From NCBI RefSeq assembly GCF_035594765.1, contig NC_085842.1:190663036-190727035 (forward strand): a stretch of DNA of 64,000 bases. Direction: 5' to 3'. The notes under the pieces are model-generated. The model searched no databases, had not been told where the DNA came from, and was given only the letters and a program-made list of their open reading frames with translations. The DNA is from Anolis carolinensis (Eukaryota). This document shows, one piece after another, positions 23,261 to 35,259 of the stretch (the stretch's first letter is position 1; each line of letters begins with the position of its first letter). The translations under genes and the position numbers were made by a program.

Positions 23261-23440
23261 TTTATGAAGACATCCAGGGCCTAGGACAAAGTTATACTAT
23301 GGCAAGAAATAATACTTCAGAAATTCAATCATTGAGAATTGGTTTGGGGCAGTTTTCTAGCTGAAGGTTTTGCAACATTGGATAACTGCACCACTACTTT
23401 CAAATAAAATGTTTAGATTAATAAAATTATCTGCATTGTC
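23261..23440 (+). other. Probable non-coding 3'UTR exon of the ovostatin-like gene with poly(A) signals
   Basis: Strong acceptor tatctttcttgttttcccag| at 23260; AATAAA at ~23403 and ~23420, followed by T/GT-rich sequence. Confidence 0.6.
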
Positions 23441-23961
23441 TTTACATCTCATTTCTTCTGGCTGATAATAATCCCTTTTCACTTTCATTCATTCCCTCAT
23501 TCTGTCCAGGTTTTCCCCTAGTGTCATGCAATCCGTGGAAGGGATACATCAAACACTCCCACCTCCATGATTTCTCAAACACCAAGGGCCTCTAAAGTAT
23601 GTCGAAGGGATTTTCTTTAAACTCATTGAGTCGTCAGCCAAGTCAAAAGATGACATCACAAGTCCTTCATTTTACAGAATTTGGCGAGCTTCTGCTAAGT
23701 GGCTACAAGTGGAAAAGTCTGACATCTTGGTAGGGCCTTGTCACTGGAAGAGGGCTTATTCTCAGACACCTCCAACTCCTCTCAGGGCTCTCAATTCTCT
23801 TGAAGGACTTCCCCACCCAAAAGCCCAAAAAGCCTCAGTTCACTTGGTGCTCATGTTTTTCCTTTTCATAGCCCCAGCCCTCAGGAGCAAGGGATACGCC
23901 TTCAACTCATCTCCTATCCTGGAGCTCCCATCTTCCAGCTTTCTTTCTGATTTGTCTAGGA

Positions 23962-24083
23962 CAGTGGTTCTCAACCTGGGGTCCCTAGATGTTTTTGGCC
24001 TACAACCCCCAGAAATCCCAACCAGATTACCAGATGTTAGGATCTCTAGTAGTTAAAGGCCTAAAACATCTGGGAACCCACTG
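23962..24083. mobile_element. hAT MITE with SPIN/URR1-type TIR; also 36018-36152 and a 3' end at ~4890-4966
   Basis: CAGTGGTTCTCAACCT terminus; near-matching 8-bp nTCTAGnn flanks. Confidence 0.7.
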
Positions 24084-24654
24084 ATCTAGGGGTTTCTTGG
24101 TCTCCTTGCCACACCCTCTTCCTGCACAGGCTTTAATTGAGAACAACCAATGAAGTCCTGCTCTTCCACATCTAAGAAGGAGAATAATGGCAGTCCTTTT
24201 TTCCTCAGGAATTGCAGTTCTGAGCTAGGATTCCTCCATCCCCTTATGAGACATTGGCCCAAAGTGCAGCGAGAATCAACCAAGAAAAATCATGACATCT
24301 GAAGTGTCAGCATAAAAGAGAGGTCTTATGGTTTTCTATATCTCAGCTCTCTTTTTCATTCATGGGAGCAACTTTGAAACCCAGTGATAGAATGAATTCC
24401 ATTAATTCAAATACAAAAGGAAAAGAGAGAAACATTCTATAGTTCTGTTTACCATCTTTCCCAAGCAAGCTACAATATCCATCCTTTCCCTATAGTGCTG
24501 CCCTGCTACTTTGAATGGGAACACTTTCAAACAGTTGTATGAGCATGGCTAACTTCATGGCACGCCAGCTAGTTTCCCACAGGCATTGTGTGAGCTTGTC
24601 ATTTGAATTTTTATATATATATATTTTAAAACCCAAATTTTTCACAGAAGACTC

Positions 24655-24931
24655 CTGAGCAAGCTCCGGAAAGAGGCCTGGAGGAGAGTGACATATGCTC
24701 CCAAGGAGAAGCAGCCAGGATCGGCCAGGGCTTGCAAGCGCTTGCTGCTGAGCAAGCTCCAGAAAGCGGCCTGGAGAGCAGCATAGGCTCCTGAGGAGAA
24801 GCAGCCAGGATCGGCCAGGGCTTGCAAGCGCTTGCAAGCCCTGGCCGATTGCAAGCCCTGGCCGATCCTGGCTGCTTCTCGGGAGCCTACGCCACTCTCC
24901 TGCAGGCCGCTTTCTAGAGCTTGCTCAGCAG
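24655..24931. repeat. ~90-bp tandem unit x2 plus an inverted copy centred on a perfect 40-bp palindrome
   Basis: ATCGGCCAGGGCTTGCAAGC|GCTTGCAAGCCCTGGCCGAT at 24810-24849. Confidence 0.85.
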
Positions 24932-25247
24932 ACAGGCCAAGCAGGCCTTCTTTGGTAAGCCCGCACCTTTTCCTAGAGCCAGCAGGAAGGGAAGGGAAGC
25001 CGCAATGTTTTGATTCTCTCTTGAGATCTCCTTGCAAAAGAAGTGAGAGCGGTGTTCTTCCTTGCTTGCTTTTGCTCCTCTCTTCCTGGTGCATTCATTG
25101 TTCAGCCTGGCTGTGTTTCAACATTGCAATAGCGCGGGGATTTTGCTGTTTCATGGGGACGCCTGGCCCCACGCAGCGGGTTGCACACTGTTGAGGGCGG
25201 AGACGGCAGAATTTAGTGGGGAAGGAGTTTCCAAGCGCATTCATCAC

Positions 25248-25344
25248 TAGATTTGAATGGCGACTATGTTGAGAAGTGCCTAGATTTGAATTGCGACTAT
25301 GTTGAGAAGTGCCTAGATTTGAATTGCGACTATGTTGAGAAGTG
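25248..25344. repeat. 33-bp minisatellite x3
   Basis: TAGATTTGAAT(G/T)GCGACTATGTTGAGAAGTGCC starting 25248, 25281, 25314. Confidence 0.92.
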
Positions 25345-27081
25345 GCATTTGGGTGTGGCTTTCAACTTGCATATGGTAAATGTTTTCTCCTATACTTTGT
25401 TCATTTTTAATTCTAAAATGTAATCTACTTTCTAGATAGCCCTTGTATTAAGATATGTGATGTATTTTTTTACATTTATGTGAAGCATTGAATTTTGCCA
25501 TCTACTACGTTGTAAACCACTTTGAGTCCCCCCAGGGGTGAGAAAAGAGGTATAGAAATGTAAAAAACAAATAAACATAGAGAAAGGTATGTGATGGATG
25601 GGGTTACACTTCCTCTGAAAGCTGGGGGTGATCCTGGATTCATTGCTGACCCTGAAGCCCCAAGTATCATAGGTGACCAGGAGTACCTTTGCACAATTAA
25701 AGCTTGTAAGCTTGGAACACCAAATCAGGTCATGGTAGTACATGTCTTAACTACATCTCAAATGGATCATTGCAATACACTCTATGTGGGGCTGCCTTTA
25801 AAGAGAGCTCAGAAGCTTCAACAGGTTCAGAGATCAGCAGCCAGGTTAACTTCTTTGACTTCAAGGAGCTATTGCCTTTGACTATGAAAACATGTGTTGT
25901 TTTCAGGTTAGTTCTCATCAGAACTTTTTTTGCCAAAGTTCATCAAATTCTTCGCCTCTTCTGTCCTCCATTATGCAGTTTTTAGGTTTCATTTTTAGGA
26001 TGGTGTCTTCAGCCTTACCAGACTCCATACATTCAGTTTCTTCAATCTACTCATCACAATGGTCATGGGAATTTGCAAGCATTTTGGATCAATTGATTCA
26101 TGTAAATACGGTCCAATTCAGGATCTAGATTCTAAGTGGCATAGTTCTAATGTATTTATCTCTATATAACCCTGTCCTTGGTCTTTAGAAAGGATCTCTT
26201 CCCATCTCCATTTAGATGGCAGTCATTTAATGAGCCATCACACATGGGAGTCAAAGCTCCTACCCATCTGTGCTGCCACATCTATGAGTGTTGCTGGATT
26301 GTTTTCTCCCTGTCCAGTCTCTCTACAAGGGGAGAGCAGTCAGAAAGCAACCTATGCCATTCCTACCATGCTCTCATATTACCTCAGTATGGAACAGTTC
26401 AAGATGGAGGTCTACCTGCATCCCTTAGCCGTTACTTTAGCATTTTAAAGACTTGGTAGCAGGGCTAGTTCATGATCCCTCAGACTGCAGGAGGGGCAGA
26501 CTATCATTTGAAAAAAACGTGAATTTCTATGCATGCAGCCCATTCTTTATTTGAAGTGCAAAAAATGAAAGAACAATACAAGATTTAATATGAACAGTTT
26601 TAACTAACACAAACTTACCAGTATTTCAGTGGGAAGTATGTGCCTGCTTTCAGCTGATAAGATAGTCAAATTAATTAGGACTGTTGTTGTTATGTGCCTT
26701 CAAGTTGTTTCAGACTGAGGGTGACTCTAGGGATAGGTAAAGGACTACTCTACTTCTTGCTATCAAAAATGTTTTATTATATCTTTGAGAATATTAAAGA
26801 AAGGCAAGTGGCATTAGACTCTTCACCTCTGTCTAATCCAGGCCAAAGACGATGACCTCCAGGAATGTCAAGCTGTGCCCCTGAGCAATGGGCACAGCCC
26901 ATGCAGACCATTCAGCCATTGTGGACAAACACCTCCAGCTGGTAAGCCTCCTGTTTGCCATCTGGGACTGCCCCAGGTACGAGCCGACTATCAGTGGCCA
27001 AAGCTTAGAACAAAGAGACATTGATCACTCCACCACACCTATGGACATTCCCAAGACCTTTACTTTATTTGCCCAGCCTGA

Positions 27082-27532
27082 GACCAGACACAGAAATCAT
27101 GTTGTGTACCTTGTTCACATACGCTGGATTCACACTGGCTTGGTGCAGAGCTTTCAGAATAGCACTGAATATCCGTCGTGATGCTTTTGATTCATTGTCT
27201 CTGGCATTCTAGACTGTATCTGCATAATGCTGTCATCTACATACGCAGACATCCATTGTCTTCAAATTCCAACTTAAGACCTCCAAATATGGACTGTGTT
27301 TCCTGGGACCAGACACAGAAATCATGTTGTGTACTGGTTCACATACACTGGATTCACACTGGCTTGGTGCAGAGCTTTCAGAATAGCACTGAATATCCGT
27401 CGTGATGCTTTTGATTCATTGTCTCTGGCATTCTAGACTCTGTATCTGCATAATGCTGTCATCTACATACGCAGACATCCATTGTCTTCAAATTCCAACT
27501 TAAGACCTCCAAATATGGACTGTGTTTCCTGG
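27082..27532. repeat. ~225-bp tandem duplication
   Basis: GACCAGACACAGAAATCATG...GTGTTTCCTGG starts at 27082 and 27307 with few differences. Confidence 0.92.
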
Positions 27533-28498
27533 GGATTCCCTCCATCCAGGGACACACCCCCAACCAACTGATTGGCTGCCCCAGGGCTTCCCCATCTAGT
27601 AGGGAGGGGATCCCCACCTGCATCATCAAAGCCTGCACCAAACAGAAGGTGAGCTGGCTTAGTCCCACCTCCTGACCAATCAGCCAACCAGCCCCGCACT
27701 CAGCCAATCTCAGACAGGGGAGGGAAAATTAAATTGAGGCAATGTTAGTACATGGGTTTTTACTGTATAAAAATGGTTACATGTTCCAATATGGTTATGC
27801 TTGTACATTTTGGCATTTTTCGGTACATTGCATTCCTTCTGCAGATTAAAATTAAAGCCTCTGTCCTTGTCTTCAACCCTGGTGAGTTTTACTTCCTCTG
27901 CAAACATTGTCAGTTAGCTGGGGTCACCAGGCACGGACACTCGGTATCCGTGGTCCTTAGATTTTTGCATTTTTCAAATGCCAGACTAGATTCAGGCATA
28001 AACCAGAATAAACTTTTTTTTCTTCCTTACTTGGAACCCTCTCACACTCAGTTATAGTGCTATGATTCTACTTTAACTGCCATGAGTCTATCTGATTGAA
28101 TCCTGGAATTTACAGTATACGGAGAGTGATCTAGAATTCAGAGCCAGACAGTTCCTCTATGCTTCTGATTAAACTACAACTTCCACAAGTCTACAGGAAG
28201 GAGCTATGGCAGTTAAAGTGGAATCATAGGACAATAATGGTGAAGAATGACAGGGTCTCAGTTTGCTAGGAGGTCATCTGTGTGGCTTACAGTAGCTTCT
28301 GCTTCTTTCCATTATTATGGCACATTGTGTCCCCTCACTGCCTCCTGTGCCTTTTATCTCATTCTGCATGTTGTTTGCAGATGACCCATATTCAGACAGT
28401 CAGACAGGCTGGTGAGTGATGCCAAGGTAGTACAAGGTGAAAAAAGCCACAACAGTTCCATTCTGCCTCATTCACTTGTTATCAGTCCTCTGACAACC

Positions 28499-30189
28499 AT
28501 GGAGAAAAGCAGAAGCCTACTTTTTCTATTCTTCTTTTTCATCATCCTTGGTGTTTCCTCACAACCTACCACTGAACCGTAAACAGCTTGATTGTGTGAA
28601 TGGGTGAGGGTGTGTGTCTTTCCTTGCCATGTTTCCCACGCAAGTGATTTTTGTCAATTTCCCCCTAGAATGCAATTCTATGCCTTTCCTTGCTGCTACA
28701 CAAAGCAGACAGATATTTAACTTATGGAATTCACTGCCATAGGTTATGTTGGTGACAGCTGCTTCCTTAGATACTTTTGAAAGAGGGTAGACAAACCTAG
28801 GAAGGATTTGGTGATGTGAAGCTTTCATTTTTAGGAATGCTCGGTGTTGGGAGCAGATGGCAGGGGAGGGTAACTCTACTTGTACAGAGTAGTAGCTTAA
28901 TGTCAGTCCTTGGAAGCTATAGGACACAAAGCAGGCTCACACAGGCAATTCCGTGGAAACACTTTATTGATATCCTTCTTGCCAAGATGAAAACAAAGCT
29001 ACTACTAACTGAGACCCGCCCAAACCCCAACATGTCAAACAACTACTTCTCCCCGCCCCCCTTCCATGTTCACACCTATCTGTCGACATTCCTTTCCCAG
29101 GCTCGAAGGCCAGAGCATGTCACAAATCAATCCTCCCAGCCAGATGGCTCTTATCAGTTAGGCCATTCCCATCCCAATTAACTCTGGTAGGATGGGAACA
29201 GATCGGCTTGGTGTGAATGCTGGGCTGATCACATCCTGACATGTCCATGAAATTGGAATTCTTGGGCATTTTTCCAAGTTCTGGCAATGTTAGTTCTTGC
29301 TACTCATACAAGGATTGCTGAAATTACTTTATTATATAATTGCTAATTTCCCCAATAATGTACTTGTGTCTTCCTTCTCCGTTTCTCACCCACAAAAGGC
29401 ATATCAAATAACACATTATTTTAGATGGCCAAATGAAATCTAAAGAATGCCCTATTAAAAAGAAGGCAAATTCATGTTCACATCCTCCATCACTCTTAAA
29501 CCAACCTGCAAACATCAGAAAAAGATTTACCTTCTGACTCTCACTTTGAGCCTACTTCCCTCAAGAGGTTGTACATACTTTGCAGTATTCTTATGAGGAA
29601 TAGCTTTCCTGGAGAGGGAGGGAAGGAGGGATTGTAAGAAAACATCTCCAATGATTCCAGCTGTTTCCACAGATGAACAGTGTAACTCAGAGTTACTCCT
29701 TCCAAGTGAAGCAGGACGTGTCAGTTCAGGGCCTCAAGCCAGCCGTGGTGAAAGTTTATGACTTCTACGAAACAGGTAGAAATGGGGGCCCAGTAGTAAA
29801 ACACAGGTCGATATATTTACTTTCATTTGTAACTTTTATGTAAAATTTCAAGGGCCTGACATAGGGTAGCAGCAACTATAACATTATTCTTTACAAATAT
29901 TCCAAAACCAGTCCTTAACAAAATGGGAAGCAGAAAGCAGTAGAGGGGCTATTAACAGTTGCTATCCATGCAGAAAGTTGGAGCACTGGTGTCACCGAGT
30001 TTGGGACTGATGCAATCCTATCCTGATGGCTTTCCTCCTTCTCACTCTGTTTCTAGATGAATTTGCTGAATATGTTGCCCCCTGCAGTGTAGGTAAAGTA
30101 TAGATTGTGTCTTCAACCCATTTATCACCCTTCAGGCAATTAATTCCAGCTTCTTTTCTCCAGAAGAGTCCTGGAATAACCCAGTTTAG
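28499..30189 (+). pseudogene. Internally deleted A2M-type gene remnant: exon 1 plus exons 34, 35 and possibly 36 only
   Basis: 28499-28578 MEKSRSLLFLFFFFIILGVSSQPTTEP ending CC|gtaaac (phase 2, like A2M exon 1); 29673-29775 [34 protein letters not shown] (103 nt, ag/gt); 30057-30092 (D)[11 protein letters not shown] (ag/gt, 6 nt shorter than canonical); possible terminal exon 30164-30189 (E)ESWNNPV*. No intervening exons recognisable. Confidence 0.8.
28901..29241 (-). mobile_element. Solo LTR-like element (Gypsy-type ends) without matching TSD
   Basis: TGTCAG...CTGACA termini, TTTATT (AATAAA on -) ~60 bp from the left end; flanks CTTAA vs TGTCC. Confidence 0.6.
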
Positions 30190-31000
30190 GTATTGTTTAA
30201 AAAATGGTCTTTTCACTTTTCACCACAAAGGACAGGGATGCAAGACAGCCTATAAAAAAGTTAAACATAAAGCATTTGCGTGGATAAAGAAGTTGTTTCT
30301 TAAGATTATGGCTCACTTACACTCAACAAAGGGAATGCTTTTGTTGTGATGTGCTGTTAGCATTTGTGTTGTCAAATGTGTTGAGAATTATAACAGTATA
30401 ATTCTCTGGTGGGTTGGAACACCAAATTTCTCAACCGGGAGATGTTCTGAGGGTGTGTGTCTGGAAATTAACTCGATTTGAGTGTTGGAATTGTGGCAAT
30501 AATAGCATTTGTGGATTTCTAAATGTGTTTGTTGCCACCTGTTCCTGAATATGGATAATGTGGGTCTTCCCTAATTCCCTTTATCAGCAGTAGACCTTCT
30601 CACACCAACCAAACCTGAGCATCTCTTTACAACTCCCAATTGCTTACCACATGAGCCCCTTCCAAAATCTTCATGAAGACTACACCTGTATCTGATATGT
30701 ATGTCTGCAGTTCCAGTCCCTATTACCAAACCTTCCTTGGGTTGCAAATGTGGGGGGAATATAGGGTGAATTGACACATTTCCATGTCCAAAATACTCTC
30801 TTCCTCTGCTCTCAAATTTCCCTTTATTCTAATGTTTGAAAGGAGAATCGTGTTGTTAATTCAGTTGTTAACTGGTTCGTCCTAGCTTTTGAAGCAGCAG
30901 AGAACCTAGCAAAGTCTGTGACAAGTCAGTTTGGTCCCTGCTGTCATATTGGCTCTAACATTTAAATCTCTAAATGGCTTGGGATGAAGTTACCCTAAAG

Positions 31001-31522
31001 CAGTGATGGCTAACCTATGACACGTGTGTTAGCACTGACACGCCTAGCCATTTTTGGTGACACGCTGCCGCATGCAGATTGATTGGATGACTATGTCTTT
31101 TGTGGCCAAATTTGGTGTGATTTGGTCCTGTGGTTTTGTTGTTTACTCCATGGAAATTATGCACATTACATTTATATAATCATTATATCATTCTATTATT
31201 ATTGTAGTATATTATCATATGATTACTATTATATTATTATTATATTATTCATTATTCATGACTACATTGAAACTAGAATAGAGAGAAATCAGTGTGGAAA
31301 CTGCAAGAGGTACCATTGATTGTTGTACATGGAAATAATGGTAGTAAATAGTTTTTGATTTATTAAATACAGTTATATATTACAATTATACATTTTTGAT
31401 ATTTAAACTATACATATTGCTAAATTATGGTTTTTTTCTTGAAGTGACACACCACCCAAGTCATGCTAGGGTTTTTTTTGGTGAATTTTGACACACCAAG
31501 TGCAAAAAATTGCCCATCATTG
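31001..31522. mobile_element. hAT1-type non-autonomous element
   Basis: CAGTGATGGCTAACCTATGACACGTGTG...TGCCCATCATTG, 8-bp TSD CCCTAAAG. Confidence 0.85.
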
Positions 31523-33423
31523 CCCTAAAGCCTCTTTTTTCCCATATGCAGCTAACCAAATTTGATTGTTTTCTTATAGGTCTAATTCTAAGTATCTTAC
31601 TAGTAAACTGAAATTAATATTAGAGTCCATTTCAATAGTGGCACCATTGGAATTCACCAAAGGCCCACCCAAAATACACAATGATAAACCATATAATTCA
31701 ACTTTAACTGCAGAGTCTGCAACTCATGGTATCCTGAGATTTGTAGTCTGTTTGGTAGCAACAGTGGAACTCTGAAATGTGCTCTGTAAATTGCAAACCC
31801 CAGAATTCCTCAGGATAGGACCACAATATTTTTAAGGATAGTGTGAACGGGTCCCTCTTGCTATCTCTATTGTCCTTGTTGTGACTGATAAAAACCTCTC
31901 CTTTTCACCCTTTTAACTTATTCAAAATTGCTTGCTTTTATTTTTCTGCTGGGAAAGTAAAAGATCAAGGACAGGTCAGGACTCTAACGCCCATCCTCCC
32001 CAGGAAACCAATGAGGGCCATGCGGGCGCTCTGCACATGATCTGGGGCGCCCTCTACAGAGCGGCTTTTTTTTGGCCTTTCCCTTCCTGATCCTCTTTCT
32101 GTGTCTCTCCCTCCAAAGCGGAGGCTCCCAGGCCAGGCAGACATATCAGCAACAGTTCCTCTTTGGCCCTGCCCCGCCAAGATTCAAATACCCCAATCAG
32201 ACACTAGGGGCGTGGCCATAGAGGGTGAAGGGAACGCCCATCAGGGGCCGGAGCCTCAGGGAAAGGGGCGGAGTTACTTAAGTGAGAGGTTTCCTCTCCT
32301 TTTAGGTGTCACATCAAAACACACATGCTTAATGGAACATTTACTAAACATAGAAAACACTTTTTTTTCGGGTGAAGGAGTACATTGTCACCAGGACAAA
32401 CCTGGGGGGGAAAGAATTATTAAATTAATAATAAATACTTCCATTAAATAATAATATTAACAGCAACAACAGCCTGTTATCTGGAAAGGCATGGCACAAC
32501 CGTACAGGTGTTTCCCTCCCAGGTTCCACAATGGCAAGATTTAGGCGGAATCGACGCTGCCCAGGATCCCTTGAACTGGATTATATCAGTCTACACTGCC
32601 AGCTAACCTGGGATAAACAGACAGGATGTCCCTTCCACAGAAACAAATAGTTTGCAGTTTAATAACCATTTCACATGTTTTTATGATAGACTCAGTTAGG
32701 AAATGACATTTGTAACCCAGGATAAAATCTTGATTTTATGTGGCAATGTTAGGCCCTCTATCCCAGGTTCGAATCCCAGATTTTCTACTTTAAACTGCAT
32801 TATATAAGTCCGCACTGCCAGATAACCTGGGATAAACAGGAAACCTGGGATCAGATCCTGGAATAGAGGGCCTGTCTGGAAGGCCCACAGAAGGGGAGGG
32901 GGGTCTTTTTTGTCCCCATATACACTGCGCACTGAAGTCAGTTTCAAACCGCTATTGGGGGGTAAACGTGGCTTTGTGCAGATAGCTCCTTAGTAGGCAT
33001 GGGCGGGGCTTTAGCAGAGGGAGTGGGCTTCACTAATAAATCTTGCCAAGTGTAACGTTGATAGTTCGAAGCCCAGGTCAGGATGAGCTCCTGACCTTTA
33101 GCCCAACTTTTACCTACCTAGCAGTTCGAAAACAAAAGTGAGTAGATAAATAGGAACCGCATTAAACCGGGGAGATATTTACACTCACAAAAAGGAAAAA
33201 GTTTACAAAGAAAGCTCTTTGGCAGGGAGATGGAGTGACAGCACCCCCCAGTGGCCGGAACCGAGCACAGCCTCCAAAGATGCCGAAAGATGGGAAAGTC
33301 TATATATACCTCTCTCCATTGTCTATCTTATTGTTATAATCAGCACTGAAAGTTTGATGTGTGTTTTGTGATCCGCCTTGAGTCTCCTTTGGGATGAGAA
33401 AGGTAGAATATAAATACTGCAAA

Positions 33424-34094
33424 TCTATATATATGTCACGCTTACTTCAAACGACCAGCATGAACACAGACCAAAGGCAGCTGCTATCAAAACTAGTCTT
33501 TATTGAAGAACACACGACTTGGAAAAGTCGAGAATGACATAATGTTTACATACAATCATCTTTATTACCTTTGCTACAACATCACACCACACGTAAATAT
33601 CATCACCCAAGCCCCACCCCATGAATCATTATCATCACTACAACACAAACTACTCATTAAAATTGTTTTGATTCTCACTCCAGAATTTCCCATGCTTTGC
33701 TGCCAGGTGTCCGTAGGAACTACAGAGGAGTGCGAATTGTTATGGCTCCGATTCAAGAGCTTGCAGACTCAGCTCTTGGAATCGGTCCCATGACATATAT
33801 ATATAAATGTAATGTACGTTTGTAGGACTCAGTTAACAACAAAACCACTGGGCCAAATCACACCAAATTTTGCTACAATACTCATCACTGTCCAGGGAGT
33901 GACCATCACAATAAAAAAATAAAAACAAAACAGAGACAAGACCACAAAAATCCTATTGTTTCCCAACTTGAATACCACTGAATAACCTTGCAGCTTCAAA
34001 GCCTGGCTGATTCATACTCAGGGGAATTCTTTCTAGCCCACCATGAATGTCATGAAGGACTACGCCACAGCAACGTGTGGCCAGGCACAGCTAG
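33424..34094 (+). mobile_element. Non-autonomous Helitron with nested solo LTR (33434-33795)
   Basis: A|TC start, GCCACAGCAACGTGTGGC hairpin then CTAG|T end; nested TGTCA...TGACA element with TATA TSD and AATAAA on -. Confidence 0.75.
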
Positions 34095-35259
34095 TAAGAT
34101 TATAAATGGGTAATATAGCTGTGTGGAAGGGTCTTGAGTCTACACTGCCATATAATCCAGTTCAAAATAGATAATCTGTATTTTATAGGCAGTGTGGAAG
34201 AGGCCTGGTTGAAGACGCCTTGGGCGCCATTAAATGGCTCAGTGGGTTGCTAGGAGACAAAGTGGGCGGAGCTTAGCCTTCTAACTGGCAGCAATGGGAA
34301 AAAACAGTTATTCTTCTCCCTCTAATTAGGACTTTATTTTTCTTGGTTTTTTATGTCTAACCACAGCAGGGATGGCCATGTCTTTTATGGCCAAGTTTCG
34401 TGGGTTTTGGGTGTTTAGTTTTGCTCTTTACTTTAAGGCAGAAATGGTCAGAACATTTTAAGATAGATATAGATTGATAGAAGATATCCATGAATTTTAA
34501 TTTTTACAAGATGTTGGTTTTAAATTGTTCATTGTTGTTTTTTATTTTATTGTCTAACACTGTAACTGCTTTGAGTCTCTTTTAAGTGAGATAAGCAGGA
34601 TACAAATATCATCATCATCAACAACAATATTATAATAATAAAATTTTATTTATATACTGCCCTATCTCCTCAAGGGATTCAGAGCAGTTTCCAACATTAA
34701 AAACATACAGTCAGTTAAAATACAGCAATTTAAAACACAATAACAGATGTGCATAACAAATTATCAAGAAAACACATAATCCACTATTTAAAACCTAGTA
34801 ACAGAACTCAAACATAGGCCTTTTGCAAGTTAGGTCAATCAAAACATATAGGATTTGTAGTCATTGGAAGTACAGTAGAGTCTCACTTATCCAATGTTCT
34901 GGATTATCCAATGCATTTTTGTAGTCCATGTTTTTAATATATCATGATATTTTGGTGCTAAATTCGTAAATAAAGTAATTACTACATAACATTACTGTGT
35001 GTATGTAGTACTACTTTTTTGTCAAATTTGTTGCATAACATGATGTTTTGGTGCTTAATTTGTAAAATCATAACCTAATTTGATGTTTAATAGGCTTTTC
35101 CTTAATCCCTCATTATCCAACATATTCGCTTATCCAACGTTCTGCCAGCCCGTTTATGTTGGATAAGTGAGACTCTACTGTATCTTTGAAAATTCTCTTT
35201 TTAAACCCACGTCCCTCTCATTTCCATATTCCAACCCTGGACCTTGAAGGCCCAGACCT

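Noticed and set aside
25248-25344. 33-bp repeats as a CRISPR-like array
   Set aside because: Units are head-to-tail with no spacers, in a vertebrate locus with no cas genes; a minisatellite.
29330-29600. Residual A2M exon 2 after a pyrimidine tract
   Set aside because: The expected frame after the candidate AG (~29398) stops within a few codons and shows no similarity to the QYMVLVP-type start of exon 2.
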